Below, one piece after another: positions 21,253 through 32,338 of a stretch of DNA of 64,000 nt. Position 1 is the stretch's first letter; each line of letters starts with the position of its first letter. Source of the stretch: Myxococcota bacterium (GTDB lineage Bacteria; Myxococcota_A; Polyangia; Nannocystales; Nannocystaceae); the NCBI GenBank assembly GCA_039028615.1, contig JBCCHT010000055.1:1-64000 (forward strand). The letters run 5' to 3'. The notes beneath the pieces were generated by a model that made no database searches, was not told the origin of the DNA, and saw only the letters and a list, made by a program, of their open reading frames with translations. The position numbers were made by a program, and so were the translations under genes.

Positions 21253-21256
<4 letters not shown>
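20612..21256 (-). CDS. mpg: DNA-3-methyladenine glycosylase (MPG/AAG family)
   Basis: ITEVEAY, YVYVCYGIH, AVLIRA, GPGK, PRIGI, PWRF. Confidence 0.92.
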
Positions 21257-23982
<2,726 letters not shown>

Positions 23983-24161
23983 GGCACCCCGGTCTCCAAA
24001 CAGAACCGGCCGACCCTAACACTCGACTCCGGCCCGTGTCGGTAGGCAAACCGGGGCGCCTGTACCGCTCGAGGGCCCGGGGCAATGCGCCTCGAAGTCC
24101 CGTCGTGGTGCGCGTTTCCGGCCGGCGAGGCCAGTCCTTCGAGGGCCGGGCCCGCACCGCC

Positions 24162-24881
24162 TCAGATCATGATGCCCAACTCGTAACGTCGGTACAGCGC
24201 TGATTTACGCCGATCGGTTCGCATCGACGTTCGGTTGATGTCCGTGATGGAAAAGGGCGCGGCCTCCCGAGCCAGACCGACCTTGCGTTCCATCGTCCAG
24301 TCGGCCATCGGCTCGAGCTCGTCACGCGTCAGACCGAACAGCTGCAAAAAGAGCACGGTGCCGTGCGGTGTGTCGATCTTCCCTAGCTGTGGGTCCGGCA
24401 CGCAGACCACGCCCACGAGGGCGCTGGCCCGGGTCGTGCCCGTCTCGGGGTCGGCGTCGGTCGGCCCGAGCGGCCCTCCCAAGTCGATCACGTGACCGCT
24501 GTCGAAGGGGCCATGCCCGGACAGCACGTAGTGCCCCAGCATCTGCAGCAGCTGCACCGCCCACATCGGCGGACGTTCCTGCTCGGGCGTCCGCGGGATC
24601 CGAAAGGTGAGCTCGTACCCGAAGCCGCTCTGCTCTGGATCGGGCGAGCTCTTTTCGAATAACTCCGTCAGCCCGTAGCCCACCAAGTGCCAGTGATCGG
24701 GCCCCCTACCCTCGTGGGCCACCACGGCGGGCAAGGGGCTACGACCCTCGAGGTCGTAGGGCTTTTGGCTGGTGAGCTGGTGCGGCGTCTGGCCGGGATG
24801 GATCGTCGCCAAGGCGCGATCGATCGCCGCCCAGCCGGGCGCGTGCACGGGATACCGCGGATCGTCCTTCGCGTCGCTCAT
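24162..24881 (-). CDS. Suppressor-of-fused (SUFU)-like protein
   Basis: PGWAAID, HWHLVGYGLTEL, SGFGYELTFR, DPQLGKIDTPHG.V.FLQ; ATGA overlap with serC stop. Confidence 0.88.
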   Translation of the reverse strand: MSDAKDDPRYPVHAPGWAAIDRALATIHPGQTPHQLTSQKPYDLEGRSPLPAVVAHEGRGPDHWHLVGYGLTELFEKSSPDPEQSGFGYELTFRIPRTPEQERPPMWAVQLLQMLGHYVLSGHGPFDSGHVIDLGGPLGPTDADPETGTTRASALVGVVCVPDPQLGKIDTPHGTVLFLQLFGLTRDELEPMADWTMERKVGLAREAAPFSITDINRTSMRTDRRKSALYRRYELGIMI

Positions 24882-25993
24882 CCCTTGCGCTCGAACTCCC
24901 GCATGAACTCGCACAGCACGTCGACGCCCGCCTCGGGGAAGGCGTTGTAGATCGACGCGCGGCAGCCCCCGACGGAGCGGTGACCCTTGAGCCCGGAAAG
25001 CCCGGCCGCGGCCGCGTCGGCGATGAAGGTCTTGGTGCGCGCATCGGCATCGTCGCCCGCGAGCGTCCAGGTGACGTTCATGGTGGAGCGGCTGCCCGCC
25101 TTGGCGTGCGGCTGGTACAGGCTGCTCTCATCGAGCACCGAGTAGAGCTTGTCGGCCTTGCGGCGGTTGACCGCGCCCACGGCCTCGACCCCACCCTTAC
25201 CCTTGACCCAGTCGAGCACGTTGCGGAGCACCATGATCCCGAAGGTGTTGGGCGTGTTGAACAGGCTGTTCTTCTCCGAGTGCGTCGTGTAGCGCAGCAT
25301 CGTGGGCACGTAGGCCGCGGCCTCTTTTTCGAGCAGCTCGCGGCGCATGAACACCAGCGTCACCCCGGAGGGGCCGAGGTTCTTCTGCGCGCCCGCGTAG
25401 CCGAGCGAGATGTTCTCGAGGGCCATCTTCCGCGACCCGATGTTGCTCGACAGGTCGACGACGAGCGGCGTGTCCCCGGCGTCGGGGATCTCGGCCAGCT
25501 CGGTGCCGTAGATGGTGTTGTTACTCGTCAGGTGCAGGTAGCTCGCACCCGAGTAGCGATCGGCCGCGGGCAGCTGCGGGACGTGGTCGTAGCCGCTGTC
25601 GGCCGAGCTGGCGATGACCTCGGTCGCGCCCAGGCCCTTGCTCTCCTTGATCGCCTTCTTCGACCACACGCCGGTGTCGACGTAGGCGGCCGGCTTGTCG
25701 GCGACGCGAAGGTTGTAGGGCACCATCGCGAACTGGAGGCTCGCGCCGCCCTGGAGCAGCAGCACCTCGTAGTCCTTGGGCACGCCGAGCACGTCGTGCA
25801 CCAGCGCCTTCGCCTCCTCGTGGATGGCGTCATAGGTCTTGCTGCGATGGGAGATCTCGAGGATCGAGAGCCGGGACTCGAGCGAGTCGTCGCCGGGCAC
25901 GTCGAGCGAGCGCACGGCGGCCGCCGTACGCTCGAAGACCTCGGGCGGGAGGATCGCGGGACCGGCCGAGAAGTTGAAGGGGCGCTCCGTCAT
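24878..25993 (-). CDS. serC: Phosphoserine aminotransferase
   Basis: NFSAGP, EISHRS, LQGGAS, NNTIYG, AGAQKNLGP (PLP Lys), GHRSVGG.RASIYNA; start 25993 or 26002. Confidence 0.96.
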   Translation of the reverse strand: MTERPFNFSAGPAILPPEVFERTAAAVRSLDVPGDDSLESRLSILEISHRSKTYDAIHEEAKALVHDVLGVPKDYEVLLLQGGASLQFAMVPYNLRVADKPAAYVDTGVWSKKAIKESKGLGATEVIASSADSGYDHVPQLPAADRYSGASYLHLTSNNTIYGTELAEIPDAGDTPLVVDLSSNIGSRKMALENISLGYAGAQKNLGPSGVTLVFMRRELLEKEAAAYVPTMLRYTTHSEKNSLFNTPNTFGIMVLRNVLDWVKGKGGVEAVGAVNRRKADKLYSVLDESSLYQPHAKAGSRSTMNVTWTLAGDDADARTKTFIADAAAAGLSGLKGHRSVGGCRASIYNAFPEAGVDVLCEFMREFERKG

Positions 25994-26165
25994 GGAGGCC
26001 ATTGGCTCGGATTTCGGAGGCGAAGTCAAAAGCGAACCCCGACATCCGCGACTCTCCCGTCCCAATTGGGCGTGAGGTGAATCGCACCCCGCCCACCGGG
26101 CATTTCATCGCGCGGCGACGGTGCCTTTTGAAGCGCGTGTCGCCACGGTGTAGCGTCCGGGCATC

Positions 26166-26726
<561 letters not shown>

Positions 26727-26764
26727 GCCCCCCGTGCGCGGGTCCCCTCGCCCGGGGCCCGGCC

Positions 26765-28165
26765 TCAGCCTTCGATCTCGGCGACGATCTGCGCTCGGAT
26801 GGCCAAGACCTCCGAGCGCAGGGTCGCCACCTCTGCGCGCCACTCGGTCACGTCCCCGAGGTCGGGGTCGGCCATGATCGCGGGCTCGATCTGCCCCGCG
26901 ATGGTGTCGATGCGCTCGTCGATGGCCTCGAGCGTCCACAGGTTATCCAGCAGGTCGTGCGACGCCGCCGTGTAGTCGCTCCACATCGAGGTCACCAGGC
27001 CTTCGATGATCGGGTCGCAGGTCGCCGCCCGGCGCCCGACGGCGCCGTCACCGATGGGGCGCGGCTCGCAATCGGCCGACAGATCGGACCAGTGCGGCTG
27101 GTCGAAGAACTCCTTGAACGGGTTGGGGTCATCGAAGCTGTTGTCGAGGTCCCAGGGGATCAGCCACACCCGCTGGGTCTGAGTCTCCTCGTACCAGTAG
27201 TAGTTGTGGTTGCCGCAGCCCCAGTCCCCGCACCAAAACCCCAGCGCGCCGTCCCAGTTCTCCACCATGCGATCGACGGCCAAGAGCCGAGCGAGCGCGG
27301 CTCGGTCCATCCATCGATCGATCACCTCGTCCATGGCCTCGGGCGTGGACGACTGGAGCTCCTGCGCGAACAAGACCATGTCGAGTGCGTCGGGAGACTC
27401 GTCGCGGTTGGTCTTGAGCGCGTCGAGGTAGGGCCCTTCGCCGAAGTGCATGGGCCACACTTCTTTGTACAGGTTGCCCTCTCCGTCCTCGGGGAAATTC
27501 ACCCGAGTGAAGCGCCCGTCCACCTGCTCGACCAGCGCGTATAGCCCCATCAGCTCCCCGTTGATGACGAGCTGGGCATGGACCGCCCGAGACGCGGGCA
27601 CACCGAAGTCGCGGAACAAGGCGTAGCCGAGCCGCTCGGTGATCTTCGACGGGTCGGCCTTCATCGAGTGGAAGTTCAGGCGCTTGAGCCCATCGAGAAG
27701 CTGGTCCTCGACATACTCGTCGAAGCGAATCTTCATCGACAGCTTGTCGCAGACCAACATGCCGCCCTCGAAGCAGTTCGCCAGCGAGCCCACGTTGCCC
27801 TTGTAGCGAATGGCCACGTTCTCCAGCCGCTGCCCATCGACCTCGACCGCGGCGGGGACATACTCCTCCGCCTGCGGGTCCGCGTTGATGCGCTCCAGGT
27901 CCTCGGGCGCAATCTCGACGGAGTAGGTGCGGAGCTGGGTGGGATCGAAGACCCAGTCGCCGTGGTCGGCCCCGGCCGGGTCTCCGCCCGTCGAAGAATC
28001 CGCCCCCGTGGTCGGCTCGCCCGCCGTGCCCAACTCCGAGCCCGTGCCCGTCGCGGTGGCGTCCTCCGCCTCCGACGACAGGCCCGCATCACACGACCAC
28101 GATGCGAGCGTGGCCCCCAACACGGGGACGAGACGAGCCCTCTTCAACATCCCCATCCAATCCAT
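26765..28165 (-). CDS. CotH-family kinase, probable lipoprotein
   Basis: Signal ending ASWSC; IRYKGN, KLSMKI.FD, GLYALVEQVD, GNLYK, NWDG, HNYYWY, IPWDLD. Confidence 0.88.
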   Translation of the reverse strand: MDWMGMLKRARLVPVLGATLASWSCDAGLSSEAEDATATGTGSELGTAGEPTTGADSSTGGDPAGADHGDWVFDPTQLRTYSVEIAPEDLERINADPQAEEYVPAAVEVDGQRLENVAIRYKGNVGSLANCFEGGMLVCDKLSMKIRFDEYVEDQLLDGLKRLNFHSMKADPSKITERLGYALFRDFGVPASRAVHAQLVINGELMGLYALVEQVDGRFTRVNFPEDGEGNLYKEVWPMHFGEGPYLDALKTNRDESPDALDMVLFAQELQSSTPEAMDEVIDRWMDRAALARLLAVDRMVENWDGALGFWCGDWGCGNHNYYWYEETQTQRVWLIPWDLDNSFDDPNPFKEFFDQPHWSDLSADCEPRPIGDGAVGRRAATCDPIIEGLVTSMWSDYTAASHDLLDNLWTLEAIDERIDTIAGQIEPAIMADPDLGDVTEWRAEVATLRSEVLAIRAQIVAEIEG

Positions 28166-28376
28166 CGATGCCAGTGTGCCAGGCCGCACCGCACCGTGTC
28201 ACCGGGAACGAACCATGCCGCTGGCGGTGGATTCGCGAGGACGAACGAAGGGCTGAAGTGGCAAGTTCCGCATGCTCATCCAGCCCGGCGAGTGCAACCC
28301 GGCCCGATCGGAACACCAGGCTCCGATGGCCGAGTCGAAGCGGATCGACTCGACCATCGGCCGTGCTCGATGAGCA

Positions 28377-30515
28377 TCACCCACCGCGGCAGTCGACGTT
28401 GCGTTCGGCTTGATCGAGCAACACTGCGGCCAGGGTGTCGGAGATGGGCAGGCCCGGGTCGCGGTCGAGCCAGAAGAACTCGCCGACCGGGTTGACCTCG
28501 AGGAACACGTGGCGCCCATCGGGCGTGACGATGAAGTCGGCCGCGCCGTAGTTGAGGCCGAGCTTGCGCTGCAGGGCGAGCAAACCCGTCTCGACGTCCT
28601 TGGGCAGCGAATAGGGCTGCCAGTCGTTGATGAGACCCAGGCCGTCGCGACGCCAGTCGACTTCGGTCTGCGCGCGACGAGCGGAGTCGATGGATGCCGA
28701 CATGACCTTCGTGCCGGCCACCGTGACCCGTAGCTCGACCACCTTGGTCAGCTCCTCCTGGAAGGTCATGGGACACAGGGAGAGCCCATCGAGTTCTTGG
28801 AGGTCCTGCTCCTTCACGCGCGTGGTGTAGACCACGTTCTCCCGGCCTTCGCGGTAGATGGCGAAGGAGTGCTGCATCTTGGTGACGACCCGGCCTTCGA
28901 GGCGTCGCCAGAAGTCGCGGGCATCCTCGGCTCGGTTGGTCACCAGCGTGCGCGGCACCTCGAGCCCGACCTCGGACGCGAGGCGAAGCTGGAGTTCCTT
29001 GTGGTGCGTGCGGGTGACCGAGGCGAGCCGATCGAGCTGGAAGCACTCCAAGTTCGCGATGGTGCCGAACAGGGTGCGACGGGTCTCGCCCACCGCCGCC
29101 TCTCGGGTATCACCCATGGAGCGCGGCAGGCCGCCCCCCGCGGCGAAGCGCCGATACCAGACCGCCTGCAGCGACTCGAGGGCATAGCCCTTGCCGTCGA
29201 CCACCACCAAGCCGGTCCCGCCGCGACTGCGCACGGTCGACAGGCCCACCTCCTGCGGATAGCGGTCGGTGTTCATGCGGATCGGCACGCCGCCCCGCTG
29301 CTCGATGGCTGCGCTGACCGTCTCGATGCACTCGTTGTCGCCGCTGTGGGTGATGATGAGCACCGTCGGTTTCGACGAGTCGGCGGTGACCACCGCGGGG
29401 GCTTGCCGAGGCGTCTCGGCCGGTTCGGTCGTGACTCCGGGCAACGTCGCCCGAGCCTCGGCCGCCGGTCGGGGCACGACCTCGACCGGCTCGAGCACCC
29501 GCGCTTCGCTCGGCGCCCGCTCGGGCTGCCCCGTGGCGTCGACCAGCCACTGCCCGATCGCATCGGCGATGGGTAGCTCGAGGTCTCGCTCGAGCCACCC
29601 CCACTCGCCCGCGGGGTTGAGCTCGAGGAACACGTGCTCTCCCTCGGGCGTCACGATGAAGTCCATCACCCCGAAGGACAGACCCAGGCGATCGAGCAGC
29701 TGCCGCGCCTGCGCTCGCAAGGCATCGGGCACGGTGGCGTGCTCCCACGGCGGCCCCTCGTCGGCCCGAAGCCGCCGCCAGTCGACCTCACCGCGCGTGG
29801 TTCCCCGGGTATCGATCGCGCCGGCAAAGCACTGGTCTCCCACCAGCACGACCCGGAGCTCTCGCCCCTTGGGTATCTCGGGCTGGAAGATCTGCGGAAC
29901 CCAGCGCAGGTCTTCGGCCTGCTGCAGGTCGTCGCTCGAGACCCGGCTGGTGTACATGAAGTCGCCGCGACCGCCCTTCATGTCGTAGCTGATGGGCGTC
30001 ATCAGCTTGGTGACCACCGCCGATTCCTGCTGCGCCGCGAAGCCCCGCACCTCCCCCGGATGGTTGCTGAACAGGGTGTCGGGCACGGTCATGCCCACCC
30101 GCGCCGCCTCGATCAGCTGCCGGGGTTTGGACTCGGCCGCGAGCTGCAGATCGATGCGGTCGAGCCACCCCGCGCCATCGAGCAGGGGCAACAGCTGGGT
30201 CATGGCCACGCGGGCGTGATGGCTGGCGATGCCCCGCCACCGCGGCGCCAAGCCATCGAGGCCGCTTGCGGTCCACAGGCGGCGCATCCACACCGCCCCG
30301 ACCCGCGACAGATCGACCGCGCGACCATCCGCATGGAGGACCCCTTGCACCGTGCCCTGCTGGGCACGCACCGACAGCGACAGCTCGGCGGGAAAACGAT
30401 CGGTGTCGACACGGAGTGCTTCCACTCCGCGCCGAGCCACCGCCGCCTGCACGCGATCGATGGTGAAGAAGTCCCCGCGGTGGGTCAGGAGAAGGACGAG
30501 CGTGTCGTCGGCCAA
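28377..30515 (-). CDS. Fused di-domain microviridin-type ATP-grasp ligase (MdnB/MvdC-like amide ligase plus MdnC/MvdD-like ester ligase)
   Basis: Domain 1 VLLLTHRGDFFTIDRV...FLELNPAGEWGWLERDL; ~57-aa P/A/E/T linker; domain 2 VLIITHSGDNECI...CPMTFQE...FLEVNPVGEFFWL; TTG start 7 nt after the precursor stop. Confidence 0.93.
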   Translation of the reverse strand: MADDTLVLLLTHRGDFFTIDRVQAAVARRGVEALRVDTDRFPAELSLSVRAQQGTVQGVLHADGRAVDLSRVGAVWMRRLWTASGLDGLAPRWRGIASHHARVAMTQLLPLLDGAGWLDRIDLQLAAESKPRQLIEAARVGMTVPDTLFSNHPGEVRGFAAQQESAVVTKLMTPISYDMKGGRGDFMYTSRVSSDDLQQAEDLRWVPQIFQPEIPKGRELRVVLVGDQCFAGAIDTRGTTRGEVDWRRLRADEGPPWEHATVPDALRAQARQLLDRLGLSFGVMDFIVTPEGEHVFLELNPAGEWGWLERDLELPIADAIGQWLVDATGQPERAPSEARVLEPVEVVPRPAAEARATLPGVTTEPAETPRQAPAVVTADSSKPTVLIITHSGDNECIETVSAAIEQRGGVPIRMNTDRYPQEVGLSTVRSRGGTGLVVVDGKGYALESLQAVWYRRFAAGGGLPRSMGDTREAAVGETRRTLFGTIANLECFQLDRLASVTRTHHKELQLRLASEVGLEVPRTLVTNRAEDARDFWRRLEGRVVTKMQHSFAIYREGRENVVYTTRVKEQDLQELDGLSLCPMTFQEELTKVVELRVTVAGTKVMSASIDSARRAQTEVDWRRDGLGLINDWQPYSLPKDVETGLLALQRKLGLNYGAADFIVTPDGRHVFLEVNPVGEFFWLDRDPGLPISDTLAAVLLDQAERNVDCRGG

Positions 30516-30522
30516 GGCTCGA

Positions 30523-31683
30523 CTACCCCGCCCCGCCGTCTTCCCAATCGGACGGGTACTTGAGCGTCACCGGGCCGCCACCGCCGTCTTCTTCGTCCGA
30601 CGGGTACTTCTCGGTGACCGGGCCTTCCTCGTGATCGGACGGATACTTGCGCGTCACCGGACCGTCCTCTTCGTCCGATGGGTACTTCCGCGTCACCGGA
30701 CCGCCGCCGCCGTCCTCTTCGTCCGACGGGTACTTGCGCGTCACCGGGCCGCCGCCGTCCTCCTCGTCCGATGGGTACTTGCGCGTCACCGGGCCGCCAC
30801 TGCCATCTTCCTCGTCCGACGGATACTTGCGCGTCACCGGGCCGCCGCCGTCCTCGTGATCGGACGGGTACTTGCGCGTCACCGGACCACCGCCGTCCTC
30901 TTCGTCGGAGGGGTACTTGAGCGTCACCGGGCCGCCGCCGCCGTCCTCGTGATCGGACGGGTACTTCTTGGTCACCGGTCCGCCGTCTTCTTCGTCGGAC
31001 GGGTACTTCTGGGTGACCGGTCCGCCGCCGCCGTCCTCGTGATCGGACGGGTACTTCTTGGTGACCGGTCCGCCACCGCCGTCCTCGGCGTCGGAGGGGT
31101 ACTTCAAGGTCACCGGGCCATCCTCGTGATCGGAGGGGTGCTTGCGGGTGACGGGACCCTCCTCTTCGTCGGACGGGTACTTGAGCGTCTGCAGATCGGA
31201 ATCGCCGCCCTGCTGATCCTCGAGGAAGCGGGCGAAGAAGGGTTGGTCGCGGACGCGCGTGGGCTCGACCTTCTCCATCAGGCGCGCCGCTCGACGACCC
31301 GCCAGACGAGCGCGACGCATCAGCGACTCGGCGTGGTCGCGCATCTCCTTGACGCGATCGTCATGGGCGTCCTGCCAGGTCTTCGCGGCTTCGCGTTGAC
31401 CGGCCTCGACCAAGGTCCGGGCCACGTCGCGCATGCGCTCGAGCACGGTCGCTTGGCTCTCGGGTTCGTCGGACGCGGCCGCGAGTGCTTCGTGCGCTCG
31501 GTTGACGGCCTCGGCTGCCGCCTCGTTCCCGGCCGCACCTCCCGCATCACCAGAGGCCGCACGCGTGCGAGCTTTGGCGGCCTTCTTGGCGACTTTCTTC
31601 GCTACTTTTTTCGCGACCTTTTTGGTCGCTTTCTTTGCAGCTTTCTTAGCAGTGGTTTTCTTGCGCGGTCGTCGTGTTGCCAT
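30523..31683 (-). CDS. Microviridin/marinostatin-family graspetide precursor with 15 tandem cores
   Basis: PFFARFL leader motif (31222-31242), then 15 TxK(Y/H)PSDxE(D/E) cores separated by G1-4P-type spacers; adjacent to ATP-grasp ligase; alternative ATG at 31278. Confidence 0.95.
   Translation of the reverse strand: MATRRPRKKTTAKKAAKKATKKVAKKVAKKVAKKAAKARTRAASGDAGGAAGNEAAAEAVNRAHEALAAASDEPESQATVLERMRDVARTLVEAGQREAAKTWQDAHDDRVKEMRDHAESLMRRARLAGRRAARLMEKVEPTRVRDQPFFARFLEDQQGGDSDLQTLKYPSDEEEGPVTRKHPSDHEDGPVTLKYPSDAEDGGGGPVTKKYPSDHEDGGGGPVTQKYPSDEEDGGPVTKKYPSDHEDGGGGPVTLKYPSDEEDGGGPVTRKYPSDHEDGGGPVTRKYPSDEEDGSGGPVTRKYPSDEEDGGGPVTRKYPSDEEDGGGGPVTRKYPSDEEDGPVTRKYPSDHEEGPVTEKYPSDEEDGGGGPVTLKYPSDWEDGGAG
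30538..31191 (-). repeat. In-frame tandem repeat, 15 units of 39-48 nt, encoding the core peptides
   Basis: Recurring + strand motif tcggacgggtactt(nnn)cgtcaccgg with a variable number of Gly codons. Confidence 0.95.
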
Positions 31684-31867
31684 GTTGGGGGCTCGCTTCG
31701 TTGCAGGTGCAAAATGCTAGCACCGCGCTACGGGATACCTGTGGCCCGTTGGGGGACCTTGGATCGATCGTTCCTGGGTCCAGCACGAAATGCGATCGGC
31801 GTCACAGCTGCAACGCGGGTGATCCGTGGCATGGGCCATCACGTGTGGCCCTGCTAGCCTGAGCGCC

Positions 31868-32338
31868 GTGAAGACCCCAGTCCGCACGATCATGCTCGGC
31901 CTGATGCTCGGAAGCACGATGGTAGCCACCGGCTGCTACGGCAACGTCGACGCCTTCATCGAGAAGAAAGCCAAGCTGGACTGCAAGCGCGTCGAAGAGT
32001 GCGACCGCTCCACGTTCGAAAACGCCTACAACGGGGACCAAGACCGCTGCCGCAGCGACACGGAGACGCTCCTCCACGGGCTCAACGACATCTTCGACGC
32101 CGCCGGTTGCGAGTACGACCCCGACGAGGGCCGCCTGTGCATCAAGACCTCCCGGCAGCTCAAGAAGACCTGCGGCAGCGATGCCGACCAAGACATCGTC
32201 GACGACTGCGAAGAAGTCCTGCGCTGCGGCGCGGGCCTGGGGCTCGATCCTGAGGACGAGTGGGACGAGCTGTCCCCCGAGCAGCTCGTTTCCGAACCCG
32301 AAGACGAGCCCGTCTCCGAGGACGAGCCCGAGGCCTAG
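31868..32338 (+). CDS. Cys-containing hypothetical lipoprotein
   Basis: VATGC lipobox, several Cys, acidic tail; divergent from the precursor. Confidence 0.7.
   Translation: MKTPVRTIMLGLMLGSTMVATGCYGNVDAFIEKKAKLDCKRVEECDRSTFENAYNGDQDRCRSDTETLLHGLNDIFDAAGCEYDPDEGRLCIKTSRQLKKTCGSDADQDIVDDCEEVLRCGAGLGLDPEDEWDELSPEQLVSEPEDEPVSEDEPEA

Noticed and set aside
30538..31191. Possible CRISPR array or non-coding VNTR
   Set aside because: Units vary in multiples of 3 with synonymous changes, have no unique spacers, and no cas genes are nearby; they encode peptide cores
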